Shown one piece after another: positions 24,726 through 38,819 of a DNA stretch of 64,000 nucleotides. The position numbers and the translations under genes were made by a program. The notes beneath the pieces were generated by a model. The model saw only the letters and a program-made list of their open reading frames with translations, was not told where the DNA came from and made no database searches. Each line of letters begins with the position of its first letter. The stretch's first letter is position 1. This DNA is from Octopus sinensis. Its lineage: Eukaryota. The stretch lies in the NCBI RefSeq assembly GCF_006345805.1, contig NC_043016.1, positions 1,488,001 through 1,552,000 on the forward strand, in the 5' to 3' direction.

Positions 24726-27700
24726 CATATATCTAATATATTTTTATTTTTATGTTTTTGTTTTTGGTTTTTTACTGTTTCATTTCCCTACTAGTGGTTT
24801 TATCTCTAATTTAATTTCTACAGCGTGCACACACACACACACCTATATGTGGCCCCAGTAGACCCGGATGAAATCGGGTTCTCTTCATCAAAATGTGAAA
24901 AGGGGTCTAGAATTATCATCGCCACAACTTATGTATATGTCTTCCTCACTCACTCACTCTTTTTCCTAATGATAATTATCATCGCCACCACCACCAACAC
25001 ACAATCATGACAATCTTTCTCTTAAAACAAATCATGTTTACATTGCAAAATATTTCATTTTCCCGTCCTCTCTTTCATATATCACCTTTTATTTCTCGAG
25101 CTCTCTCTTTTTTCGCCGTCTCTATTTATTCTACAACGAGTCTATCAATGACAGGCGCAAAAGTTTCAATATTCCTACTTCACCTCTTTCAGAAACGCAA
25201 CAGATATTATTTTTTTTGCCGGGGTTAAAGCCCACTACATCCCGTCGGATTCACTCCAAAATTTACACAGTTTCTTTCTACCTCTAACTCCCCTTCAATT
25301 TCTCTTTATCTCCATTCATAAAGATAATTATCATCGCCTCCACCACCACCACCAACACACAATCTGGACAATCTTTCTCTTAAAACAAATCATGTTTACA
25401 TTGCAACGACGTCTGCCACCTCCGCCGCCTCTATTTATGCCTGGATCGCTCCATTCAACCCTTTGCTTTCCAAAACATTTAATGCACACATTAATGTTGA
25501 GTACTGCAGTTCGGTGAGATGCATACAATACCTCTGCAAGTACATTAATAAGGGCGATGATATGGCCGTGTTTGTGTTCAGTGATGAAGACCTTAGACAT
25601 GACGAAATTAAACAATTCGTTTTGGGTAGGTATGTATCCTCCAATTATGCAGCGTGGCGCATTTTTGGATACGAGATTCATCTAAGCTCACCATCAGTTT
25701 TCCACCTGAATGTTCATTTACAGAAGAGACAGCTGGTTTACTTCACAGAGAAAAATGCACGTCAAGTCATTGAAAATCCAAAAGGGACTACGCTTACAGC
25801 ATTTTTTAAATTGTGTTCAGTTGATGAGTTTGCTGCTACTCTCATTTACCCTGAAGTACCGGAATATTACACATACAACAACAATAATTGGAAGCGCAGG
25901 TCACATGGAACAGAACTTGACAATTAGCCCGGTGTTTCTAGGAAGAACGTCATTGGGCGTGTGTATAATATTCATCCTACCAAACAGGAAATCTTCTTTT
26001 TGAGAATGCTGCTTCATGTAGTTACTGGACCGAAGTCTTTTGCACGGTTGATGGTATCATCTGCGCAACTTACAGGGAAGCATGTTTGAGGCGCGGACTT
26101 CTTCTCAATGACGACCACTTACACAGGACATTAGCAGAGGCCTCAAATTGTAAACTGCCATGGCAAATGCGTCGATTTTTTTGTAGCATATTATCCACTG
26201 TAATCCAGCAACCCTCTTAACCTTTGGGAATCGTTCAGACAGAGCCTATCAAAGGACATACAGGCTAATTTAGCGCTACGTGATGGCAACGACGATGTTT
26301 ATAATGAGGCATTAATCGACATGGACAGACACATCAGACGCTATGTTATACGCGGTTTAAGTGAATTCCATCTGCCAACACCTGCCCATCATGAAGCGCC
26401 TTTGGATGTTGAATACATGTCAGAAAAAAACTACAACATTGCCGAATTGACGGAAACAATTACGCGAGATAAACCAAGACTTTTGCCTGAACAAAGAGAG
26501 ATTTATAATGAAATTATTGACAGCGTTAGATTGAACCAAGGAAAGCTTTTCTTTTTGAATGCTCCAGGTGGTACTGGTAAAAATTTCGTTATCAATTTGA
26601 TTCTCGCAAAGCTGCGCGCTGAACGTCGAATTGCCATTGCATGTGCCTCAAGTGGTATTGCAGCGACACTGCTTCAAGGTGGCCGTACGGCACATAGTGC
26701 ATTCAAATTGCCCATGGACATTGGAAAGAAAGATAATCCTATATGTAATATAGATCGTAGTTCCTCAAGGCAAGACTTCTTCGTGAATGCAGTCTTTTTA
26801 TTTGGGATGAGGCTACAATGAGTAATAAGGCCATGTTTGAGGCTCTTGACAGAACACTCCAAGATTTGCGTCACAATACAAAAATAATGGGTGGAGCTAC
26901 GTTTCTCATGGCAGGAGATTTTCGACAAATTCTTCCTGTTGTCCGAGCAGGTACTAGAGCCGATGAGGTTAATGCATGTATAAAGCATTCTTATGTGTGG
27001 CACAGTGTTATCAGTCGCCATCTTCAAACAAACATGAGAGTCCACCTACATGGTGATGTGGAGTCTGAGGCTTTCGGAAAACACCTATTAGATCTTGGTG
27101 ATGGAGTTTTGCCTTTCGTTGATGATGACCATATTCGGTTGCCTTTTGGGAATTTCGTTCCAAATGTAGAACTTATAAGAGCCGTTTTACCTGACGTCGA
27201 AACCAACTTCCAGGATCTCGATTGCCTAAGAGCAAGACCTATTCTATCACCTCATAATACAACAGCTGATGCTACAAATAAACAAGTACTCGATATGATT
27301 CCTGGTGAGATAGTTTCTTTCATGTCCATCGATACAAATAAAGATGAGAATGATGCAGTCAAATATCCACTCGAGCTACTCAACAAGCTAACACCTCCGG
27401 GACTTCCACCTCATCATTTGTGTTTGAAAGTTGGTGCTCCAATCATGGTGCTTAGAAATATGGAAACGCCTGAAATATGCAATGGAACCCGAATGGTTAT
27501 AAGGAGGATTCAAAGCCATGTTATAACTGCTAAAATTTTGAGTGGACCATTTGTAGGAACAATCAAAATGATACATGAAATGAGTATTTCACCCTCTGAT
27601 GTTCTCATTCAGTTTAAACGCTTTCAATTTCCAATAAAACTATGCTTCGCGATGACAATCAACAAGTCACAGGGACAATCACTGGACATTGTAGGCATTA

Positions 27701-28843
27701 CCTGTCACAACCGGTTTTCAGTCATGGTCAATTGTACGTAGCCTGTTCTCGAGTTGGAAATCCACATAAACTCTTCATTCTTGGCAATCATGAGCGCACA
27801 AGGAACGTGTTTATCAGGAGGCTCTGACAAAAGAAAACTGATTGTAAGTCATGAAATTTTGCTTGATTTTTTATTTTGTACCTCTTCATTATCTCTTCAT
27901 TCTTGAAAATAAAGACATTAAAAAGAATATGGTTCATAAAGAACATTGTTTTCAGATGTTTGCAAACATTTGATCCAACTCATTCTCTTTATTCCTCATT
28001 TTCCGATTCCTTCTACGTCTCCATTAAACGGTTTTGTCAAGTTATTGTTTCTTCGCTAACATAAGACATTCATAAAGTGAATGAGTTGTTAATTACATTT
28101 TATACACTATTCCATTGTTTAGGTGGTGTCGAAAGGACTGGCATGTGTCACCATATAAACTCTCTCAGTCAAACTCCCAACTCATGAGCTCACGTCGTGA
28201 TACTCTTTCTACAAAACTGAGCTGGGTGTGAATTCTAATTTCATTCACTATTACAGATGTGAGTTTACATTCTGCCTTTTTTGGTTTAAACTATCTCCTA
28301 CAGGTTAAAAACTTCTTTTTTTAGAGTTCTCTACAATATTCGCCACCGAAATTCCATTTTCACTTTTATGATTATACCCAGAGTGCTCTAATCGAATATG
28401 AACTGTCTTCCCATTGGCAGACGTTTGTCTTTTTTTATTTTTGAAACAAACACATTGCCTCTTTCGTTTTAAAACATTAAAACAATACTACCTAAATACA
28501 TTGGTCCAACAAACAAAACATCCAACACTCTCATTCTTTTATGTATCTGTCTTCTTCCATCACTCACTCACTTTTCTCCTTTCCTTTCACTTTCTATCTA
28601 TAACGTCGTTTCACAGCGTCCGTTATCCCCCCTCCCTGCCTTCCACAGCGCTTTCACACACTCTCACTCGCTACGTCTGTCTGCATTCATAGAGAGAATT
28701 ATCATCGCCACCACCACCACTCAATCATGACCACAAATACTATGAATCAGATATTTATTGGGTTAATTTATATGTGTGTGTGTGTATCTATATATAAATA
28801 TGTATATATAATAATTTTTATATATACAAAGTGCATATATCTG

Positions 28844-28884
<41 letters not shown>

Positions 28885-28946
28885 TGTATACATTTATATA
28901 TATATACCACACTCTTACCGCGCGTAGAGCGGGTCACCTTCAGCTA

Positions 28947-28947
<1 letters not shown>
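24283..28947 (+). mobile_element. Helitron with both termini and a deleted, decayed Rep-helicase
   Basis: 5' A|TCTTCTATATATAAAACTG. 3' GC-rich hairpin region ccgcgcgtagagcggg followed by CTAG|T. Rep-helicase fragments lie inside. Confidence 0.85.
25440..27830 (+). pseudogene. Helitron Rep C-terminus plus PIF1-like SF1 helicase, frameshifted
   Basis: NAHINVEYCSS..IQYLCKYINKG; LNAPGGTGK; ASSGIAATLLQGGRTAHSAFK; GDFRQILPV; KVGAPIMVLRN..CNGTR; FAMTINKSQGQSL. Confidence 0.95.
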
Positions 28948-29000
<53 letters not shown>

Positions 29001-29001
<1 letters not shown>

Positions 29002-29697
29002 AAGGGTTTTTTGCAACAAGCTGCTTAAACCACATACCGAAAATTTTAGAAATAGCAGCCAAAAGACTACTATTTCCTTTTACTACAAAAATAAGTCTCC
29101 ACAGACAACAATATTTGTAACTCACATATGGCAAAAAAAAAGAAGAAAAATAATGAAATCACACAGTCTTCGGTCAATTATGGACGCACGTTTCTGGATT
29201 AGAATCGTAAGGTTCATTTCCTTTATCAACATAATATTCCTCATAAATCTAGAAATGCTAGGAAAACTTACCTCTTATATTTCCGATCAAGCGATATCGA
29301 AAAATATAAAAGCCAACCAGCATATCCACATTTACATATACAAGTGAATTCGTATTTCCCTCCAGAGTTCTACCACGTGAGTCACAAAATAGTACTGCCG
29401 AAAATAAGATTCGCAGTTTTGTCGTAGGGGAGTAAAATAGTCATTACTAGATTTATGAGGAATATTATGTTAATAAAGGAAATGAACCTTACGATTCTAA
29501 TCCAGAAACGTGCGCCCATAATTGACCGAAGACTGTGTGATTTCATTATTTTTCTTCTTTTTTTTGCCATATGTGAGTTACAAATATTGTTGTCTGTGGA
29601 GACTTATTTTTGTAGTAAAAGGAAATAGTAGTCTTTTGGCTGCTATTTCTAAAATTTTCGGTATGTGGTTTAAGCAACTTGTTGCAAAAAACCCTTA
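29001..29697. repeat. Long inverted repeat: arms 29001-29252 and 29447-29697 with a spacer of about 194 bp
   Basis: The arms are reverse complements with about 3 substitutions and an A-run length difference. Confidence 0.95.
29177..29235 (-). ncRNA. Variant hammerhead with a U3/A8 core
   Basis: attatg-TTGATAA-a-gga..tcc-a-GAAA-cgtgcg-TC-cataat. 6-bp stem I, GUC triplet, imperfect stem II. Confidence 0.55.
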
Positions 29698-29870
29698 TTA
29701 TTATAGATATATAAATTTTTACCAAATATGGTCCTTTTCCATACCGAAATACTACTAGGTGAAAATTGTTGATTTTATTAAATTAATTATATTTCACCCT
29801 ATATCTGTAATGACTATATACACTCACACCACGCACATATATGTATACAGGCATACATGTATATATATAT

Positions 29871-29904
<34 letters not shown>

Positions 29905-30267
29905 ACAGAAAACAGAAAAAGTGGAAAAAACCGCATCTACATATTCATTAACTATAAAATACTGTTTTCATTGCATCACTGATGAAATCACTCTAGAATA
30001 CAAATTAGACATGTTCTTTCTCTGTGACTTTATATTATGTCTCCACAAGGAGGGACAGGGTGTACTGTAAGTTACATTTCCATGAAACATTTTTCTTCTA
30101 GTTATGCATACAGCCACATGTACAGACCAAATGCACTCAACATCTATGTAAAATTACGCGAGAGTAAACTCTGGCGTGCAGTCCATGGTCCGATGTAGGG
30201 CTAAGATCCAAAGTAGGGAAGGTTGTGAGTATGGAGTAATATAAATAGTAACACAAATGGGCTGAGA

Positions 30268-30330
30268 TTCACTACATCTGTTTTTATTGATAAACGAATC
30301 ATATAAAAACCATTTTTGTTTCCAGGTGAA
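30268..30330 (-). ncRNA. Decayed hammerhead of the 16778/36696 family
   Basis: ttcac-CTGGAA..tcaataaaaac-agatg-TA-gtgaa-tctcagccc. The GAAA segment is deleted. Confidence 0.45.
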
Positions 30331-30339
30331 GTAAAATAT

Positions 30340-31570
30340 AATTAAATTAAACTCTTTAAACCGGCACCGAGATGAGAGAGTCAATATGCATTCTATACTC
30401 TTTCTGTGAAAACTCCTGTGAAAAAATTAACATTAAATACTGACAGCTTTCATTTCCATATCTTCCGGAGTCTACAGGAGGATTCTTTTATTGTTCAGGC
30501 CTTAGTCACAGCACCAACATATACAACATTCTCATCGACTCCGAGGTACATTAGCTTTCTTCATTAGAGAAAGGGAAGATAGACAAGCTGTTTATGTTCA
30601 TGTTTTCTGTCTAGTCGACATTCTTTTCTCGGTTGACTATCACGTAGAAGCATTTACCTTGCCCAAACCCCATTCGTACATCGCGCGAGAATGCTGTGAC
30701 TAGTTCTACTTGTTTCTTTATGTGGTTATATTACAAGAATATAACTTTACAAAGTGTGGTTGACAAAAATTTTATTCTTTTCTGCATATCTCAGCATGTC
30801 GCCTTGGCATTTTGTTAACAGGGTTTGCTAATAGCTTAATTCTGTTTGACAATAAGTGTTGCTTTAGTAGTCTTCAGTGATAATAATGTGGACCATGTTG
30901 CAATAATTTTCTCCTTGATATTCACTATAGCAACTGATACTTAGGCAACGTGTAATGATTCTATCATCTATGAGTAGGGCACAGAGTCGAATGTCTTCTT
31001 GTAGCCTAGCTATATGATTAAGAGACTACGGAGATGTTGCTTGGCTTCCTTAATGACAGCTTTGTTGAGGACCTGTTTAGCACAGCCCAAGACTCCTCCC
31101 CTCTTCCTCCAGCCTGTTCATCGGTTATCACTCCATTTGTATGGCAGTGGTTTTGAAGAAACATATTCAGACTATCTGTGTACAGTTTGTACATAACATT
31201 GAATTATGTTATGGGTCTATAGTTTTGGGCCACATGAGTCCCAATGTTCTTGGGGATAAGAGTAGTCCGTCAGCCAATCTGGTATATCTAGCTCAGAGTC
31301 CATTGTTTTTAAACATGTTCGTGAGAATTTCCCTGTTGAACACGAGCTTCTTGTACCAATGGCCTACTACCAGGTCTCTCCCAGGTGATTTTCCATTCGG
31401 CAATTTCATAATAACCGTCAGAATTGTTTCACTAGTGATGTTATATGTTTTAGGAGAGACATTTACACAATACTTACTTCGTAATTCGTGTAACCTTGCT
31501 GCATCACGATTGTGCTTTTTGTCTATATTCCAGATTTCCCGCCAGAAAGACTGTAGGATTCAGGCAAACT
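30340..31570 (-). mobile_element. Older R4-like (RLE-type) RT fragment
   Basis: Manual translation: FWREIW..KLPNGKSPGRD..NYRPIT..YKLYT..EQAG..LGYKKTFDSVP; ELVTAFSRDVRMGFGQGKC..YLGVDEN..RLRKIW. Confidence 0.8.
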
Positions 31571-31609
31571 TTCGGTTTATCATTTGTATTATTTATGTAT
31601 ATATGTATG

Positions 31610-34365
31610 TCTCTTCTATTTTCTAATTATTATAAATCTTCTACTGAGGAGGGAACCGGTTTCCAACAAAGATACAAGGCTCCGTCTTTGGGATGTAGTT
31701 AACAGACAAATTCACATTTGGAGCTTAAGAAAAGTCTTGCATATTTTTACTGTTCCACTCACAGATTGCACTTGTAATGTACGAATTAGCCGGTCGATTT
31801 CTCTTTCTGAAAATCCCAGTTTATCCAGATTCGCCTTTAAGCATTTACTAACAAAACCTAGTGCTCCAATTATTATTGGTATGAATATGAATTCATAGTC
31901 TGGATATAGAAGCTGGAAGTTCCGAAGCAGTTGTTCATAGATATTCTCTTTTTCTTTGATTTTCAAAGAGATATTTATAACTGCAGGGCAGCTGACCTAT
32001 ATGAAGGTACGCACCTTTGCCGCTCTGTCCCAAACGACAATATCCGGCCTGTTATATTTACATTTGGCAGAAGTTTTGATGGGAATATTCCACCAGTATT
32101 CTTTGAGTTGGTGTTTATGAATGTATTCCATAACAAAGAGACTTTCTAAGTTCTTTTTAGAACAGTCCTTTTTTCGGATGGCATTGTAAATTGTTTTAGT
32201 GACAACTACATGCCACAGAGGGAAGTAGTACCGTGACGACATTTTAGGACAGCTGCTAATTACATGCGTGATGTCTTCCACAGAAACATGACATAACCTA
32301 CACATGCGGTTGCACCTTGGGATTACAAGAGCGTCACTATCTCTCTTGTTCACCAGGTACTTTGTGGCAATCTCCTGTTCCTGGATTGCAAACGCATAGC
32401 CTTCAAAGTGTGATGTGATATATTGGTCTTGTGTCCAAGAAAGACTGCGCCTCGTGTAAATTCTAGTCTTCTTCAAGCTTCCGGGCAACATACTCATGCA
32501 TAGTCTTTTTTTGTATGCTGAGTGCTTTCCATTCAGGTCTTCTCTGAGGTAAGAGAGCCCAGCTGTTTTGAGGCTGTATGGGAGATCATCAGGGAGAGAG
32601 TGTTTTTTGAGGAGTTTACTACCTACTCGTACAATGTTGCTCATTTCCCTTTTCAGGATTGCATTAATATATTTATATTTGCTGCTGTTGTTTAGCAGGT
32701 ACTTCCTGAGTGATACCGTATGACATTCAAAGGCTGTCTGCACTGATCTTAGGTCTCTACTACCTTTATTACTTCTTAGGTAGAAGCTGTCAACATCACT
32801 GTTTCTGGGGAAGTTCCCAGTTGTTGCCAGGATCTTTCGGGTTTTGATATCTATGGAGTGGATTTCCTCTACAGAACAAACAAATCTCCCAGATTTTGAG
32901 ATCAGCACTGGTACTGCAAATGCATTGTGGGATATTGTTTTGTTGTAAGAGGAGAGTTCCGATTACCTTGGTGTAATATTCTCGGGTCACTCTATCTTTA
33001 TTCATAATGCCTTCATATGATACATTTTCGTCTATGCCTAGGTAACTGTAAAATTCTTTGTATGGAATGGGGGAGATTCAGAGACCGTTGATGCAAATGA
33101 TTTGGGTTTGGGGATCTGACTTTTCTCGTTCTATAACTAAATATGAATATTTCTTTTGGCCAAATTCCATGCCTGTATCAGCTGAAAATGTTATTAATTC
33201 CAGTTGTTTTTTGGCATTGTTAACACTTTTAACATAAATCTTGAGGTCGTCTACAAAGAAATTATGAGTTACATTGATATTTCTAGCAGTTAGCACGCAA
33301 CCATTTGTTTTCTGCAGTAGGGACGATAATTGTTTCAGTGCCAAAATCGAAAGAAGTATAGAAAGGCTATCTCCCAGGAACATTCCCTCTGAGATGCCTT
33401 TACTATCTGAAACAGTTATTCTGTTCTCAGTTGTAAGGGCAAGAATTTTTTGTCCACGTCTTTGTGAGTCTCTCTATAACAGCAATTAGGGAGGTGGGTA
33501 CTTTTGGCAAGTGTAGGCACTTCAACAACCATGAATGAGGGATAGAGACGAATGCCTTCTTATAGTCGAGCCATACCGTCACAAGATTTCTACAGCTTTG
33601 TTTATTAAAAGTTGTTCGGCTGTCATCTCCACACTCCCTTCTTTCCACCAGCCTGTTCATTTGTCACAATGTTGTTCGACTCACAATGGTCCTGGAAGAA
33701 TTGTTTGAGGCAACTGTGTACAGTTTGTACGTAATGTTTAGGCAAGCAATGGGCCTGTAATTTGCTGCCATCTCGGTGATTTCATTTTTGGCAACAAGAT
33801 TGTTCGGTACATCCCGACACTCCCTTGCTGTAGTAAGCCAATTTGGTATATCACTCTGGCCTTCCATAGTTCATTTGAACATACATAACAATTGGTTTCT
33901 ATAAAATGGCAGCTTCTTGTACCAATATCGATTTATTAGGTTCCTTCCTGCTGTCTTCCCATTCTGCAGTTTCCCTACAACTATAGCGAATGTTTCTGCA
34001 TCAGTTTTCTATGTTTAACTGTTAGTATTGGTACAGTATTTTTTCTCAATTGACCCATTTTCAGTGTTATGGGAGAATCGATGATTTTTTTTTTTACAAA
34101 AAATGTTCGTTGTCGGAGCTGTTTCGCCGTGAAGGTATTTAAGTTGGTATGAGCTTCGTCTCCGAATTGTTTTAACTGATGTATCCGATGGAAGGGACAT
34201 CTCGGGCTTTTTCATAGCACCGAAGTAAATCTTGGTTTAGTTGCTGGATCCAAATAAAATTATAAGAGTACTTAAGTCTTCTTAAATAACTTACTGGTGA
34301 AGTAGTTCTGTTTTCATCTGTGGTGATGTTGTTAGTTTCAGCCATAATCGTGTTAGCGAGATTCC
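31610..34365 (-). mobile_element. R4-like non-LTR retrotransposon (RT, CCHC and RLE), frameshifted
   Basis: NYRPIACLNITYKLYT; WLDYKKAFVSIPH; LGDSLS; FFVDDLK; GMEFGQKK; CRLCHVSVEDITHVISSC; NRPDIVVWD; IPIIIGALG..KICKTFLK. Confidence 0.9.
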
Positions 34366-34947
34366 TCGTTGTGTATGCATGTATGTTTGTATGTATGTAT
34401 GTATGTATGTATGTATGTATGTATGAATGTATGTATGTATCTACATCTCTATGATTCGCTCTGTCATTCGTTCTCTCCCTGTACCGCAGTTAATGTTACC
34501 TGTCTAATCATTCCTTTCTACTGGGATGCACCATATTATTTATTATCAACTCTTATCTTTAACTCGCCTTAACCCTTCTACCCTCATTATTTCTTTCATT
34601 CTTCTAATACGTCTGCTCGCCTGACTGTCTGACTCAATTGCTGATATTTTGGTGTGTCAATTGCTCTTACGATCTCACTCAGTCAATTTCAGATATTACG
34701 TATATCTTTCTAATTACTCTTTATTTTCCTTTCAGAGCAACTCTGATTTTTCTCCTGTTCTTATAGTCAGAGAGAAAACAGAGAAACAAGTTAATACTAT
34801 AAGCACAGAGACACACACTGACATATGAATACAGGCACAATCTTATATCTTTTATATATGTATGTGTATACATAAACGCGTGCAAACACACACATACACC
34901 CCCATATATATATATTTATTTATTTATATATACATATATACATACAC

Positions 34948-35037
<90 letters not shown>

Positions 35038-35039
35038 AT

Positions 35040-35630
35040 AAAAGAAAAAAGTAACAAGAATGGATTTGTTTTTCAATACAGACCAGCTTTATTAAAAGCT
35101 GCAAATATTGCAGCAAATACAAGTGTCCTGTACTCAACAGCCAAAACACATGTGAGTTCTCCAACCATCCTAGTGGGTGAGGCTACACTCATGAAGTATC
35201 GAAGGTAGTTCTATAAAAAGCAAATTTAGATTGTAAGCAGACTTCCAAAGTTCTCTAATGATGCACAGTCTTATAACAGGCTTTAAAAAAGCCTGTTAGC
35301 TTCACAGAAAAGGTAAATCTATCCATAATGTAGGTGCAATTACCGGAGATATGAGGAGATATTTCATACTCACAGACGATGAATCCATCCATGATTAATC
35401 CATAATAAGGTGGGTATAATTTCCTGATATATGATAAGATACTTGTCACACCTCTGTTCATTTCACAAAACTGCTATGTTAGAATTATAATGGCTGAAGG
35501 AATTATATGGAGCATAGAAAAACCACCCACATAGAGCATTCTGGGATAACTGAGAGGGAAGGGGTTGCAGGTACCCACCTACACAGAAAGGTCTCTTTCT
35601 GTGGAGACAGACAGTCTGGCTTAGATTTGC
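35040..35630 (-). mobile_element. Third copy of the 15345/20685 family, with the hammerhead destroyed
   Basis: Core reads CTGTTGA, and the GAAA/stem III segment is deleted near 35075. Confidence 0.75.
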
Positions 35631-36375
35631 AGGAATCTAAGATTTATAAAGGAGAACATTACTTTTGACCAGTATACAGCTGTTAATTGCCAATCCGACG
35701 GCGCTAAAGCAGATATAAGAATCTAAAGAGAACAAGGAAAGGGATAAAGGGGTCAAAGGCTATCACTAGAGGAAAATACATTAAGAGATTTAAGTGCAAT
35801 ACTAGAAAGGAGGTCATTTAATTAATTTATTTATTATTATTACTATTTATACAATGACAGACTGTAGGTCTATACCTAGAGGTCAATTAAAAGGTGTGAG
35901 AGTATTGCTTATCATAGTGAAATTTTGTATACTACTTTTAGGGGAGTAGCATTACTTATTTTACTTTAAAATAGAATTATGAAGTATTAGTAACTTATTT
36001 GATTTAAGTCGTGTTACCTAAATTAGAGTAAAATTAGATTAAATTAAATTAACTATATAGTCATTTAAACTTTTTTTGGCAACGTACAAATACTATTTAT
36101 TTCTTTATGTTCCAAATCAGGTGCAGTTAGAAAGAAAGAAATAACCATAGTGTAAGAGCTCGCAGCTATCTATTTAAAAATATATTAGAGTTTTGCTTTA
36201 TTAGTAAAAGCAAATAGATCTAGCTCCATACGATTATTCTATACGATTATTCTATGCTATCACTTCACTGCGTAGTAACTTTAGCAAATGTCTTGCACCA
36301 TAGTAATGGGTCAACCAATCATTGTGAGTTGATTTGCTTTTTCGGAAAATAAAAGAAGTCCGTCGTATATATATA

Positions 36376-36523
<148 letters not shown>

Positions 36524-36526
36524 ATG

Positions 36527-36594
<68 letters not shown>

Positions 36595-36695
36595 TAATAA
36601 ATATGTATGTGTGTGTATGTATGTATTTTACTCAGTCAACCAGCACCTTCATGAGGCACTCTTTTGGGACTGTTGAATTTTATTGTAAGTTTTAA

Positions 36696-36779
36696 TTCAC
36701 CTGAAGACAACGTGTATTTTTTAGACGTTATAATGGATTTGTTCATCAATAAAAACACGTCCGAAACAGCTGTAGTGAA
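36696..36779 (+). ncRNA. Type I hammerhead ribozyme
   Basis: ttcac-CTGAAGA-ca-acgtgt..acacgt-cc-GAAA-cagctg-TA-gtgaa. The first two stem II pairs are mismatched. Confidence 0.7.
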
Positions 36780-36826
36780 CCTGAACCCATTTGTGTCTTC
36801 ATTTATATATGCATATATATAATATA

Positions 36827-36950
<124 letters not shown>

Positions 36951-38819
36951 TAAGTTGGGAGATACATACATATACATACACGCATACACTTTAGTTTGTG
37001 CGCATTAATATGTATATATATGTGCATATGTGCATGGCTGTGTGCTCCTGTGTTTGTCCATGTGTGTGAATATTCATGAGTGCATGTACGTTTTTGTTCT
37101 GTGAGGTGCGTGTGTTTGTGTGTACATGTGTGTGTGCATGTCTGTGTGTGTGCATGTGTGTGCGAGTGTATCTTTTTGTGTGTATGTGTGTGTGTCCTTT
37201 TTGTGGTGTGTGTGTGTGTGTGCGTTTGTGTATGTGTATGGTTGTATGAATATGGTAATATCTGGATGTTTGTTCTGTGGGACATTTGTAATGCCAGCTG
37301 TCGACTGAAGGGAGAAGCTGTCATGGCTGTCAAATATGGTAACCACAGTCGGGGCTACAGTTGACGTCAGTAGAATAATTTAGCCAATAACATCAATATC
37401 AGAATTTTGACGCTGGTGAGTGTGGTGGAGGTGTAGCTGGTTTTGGTGGTGGTGGGATGATGCTGGAGAGAAGCGGGGGACAGAAAAAGAGGTGGTACAG
37501 GAGGCGACTGTGTATGCAACTCTGATGATGATTATTGATAAAGTAAGTGTTTAAGGGTCAGATATTTAGGAAGTGACATTCAATGTAATAATATACATAT
37601 AGAAATGCATACTGACACAACACACACACAAACACACAGACACGCGTGTGCGTACACACACACACATACACGCACAGGGCTAGAGAATTCTTTCAGTAAC
37701 AGAGGGGAATTAGATGTGCAAGGTTTCTATCTGCTGTCTTTTGCCTCTTGCTTGCTTCAGCGGAAGTATTTTGCAAAGTCTGTTACTTATTCTATCGGTG
37801 TCTTTTGTCGAACTGCAGCGTTACGGGGACGTGAACACGCCAAAACCGGTTGTCAAGCGGTTGTTTATCATATACAATGATGGAAAGGGTCATACCTCTA
37901 TAAGTTACAGCAAAGAAGGCTCCAAAGTCAAACGTAGGCCCAAGTATTAAATTAACAGGTTTCTTCACATGAAACATAACCCTACATTTTACAATGAAAG
38001 GAGTGTTCACCTCGCACATAGTTTTACATAATAGAATAATGGACGGATGTACATAAAATATAACCCTATATTTAAAAACAAGACAAGCATTTTATATAAA
38101 ACATAGCTCTCCATAATAAAAGAAATGGAAAAGCATACATAATATATAGCCCTATATATTAAAATAAGACAAAGTTTAATATGAAACAGTAACTCTACAT
38201 TTTAAAATGACAGAGGGTTGATTTCAAATGCCCACAGGTGAAGATAGATAAAAAGTAGCCTGCGGTAGATTTTGAACTTAGAACGTAAAAGACTGGAATG
38301 AATACTTCGTTGGTCGGAGAGGGTCACACATCAGGAGATATGCCAGCATACACATTGAAAAATATCCATTTTTCTGGAAGTTATGAGGCAAGAAAAATGA
38401 GGGTGAGGGGCACATATGTGAAGTTGTCCATGTAATGTATATATAAAATGAATATATGTTTGGGATTTCCTAACCGGCAGGACAACCATGACAATCCCAT
38501 CTCTTTTCAAGCGAACTCTTGAAGATAACACAACTTTTCTTTGGGCTGTAGTATTTGAGAAGTAAGATTTTCTGTTATCTCTAGCTGTAACATTATTACA
38601 TTTGTTGTTATAGTTCTTGTTGTTTATGCCGGGTCAACAAACTTATGATGAAAACTCTCCTAAGGTAGCCATCTCCACTCAGTTTCGTTTCATGCGAAAC
38701 TTGAAAAGTTAATGAGAGCTCTACCAAAGAGGAGTGTTTCTGTCTTCATACCTTTCAGCCTTGTCCGCCAAACAACATTTACTGCTACAGCCACCAGGCA
38801 AAGGAAAATTACCTTTGCT

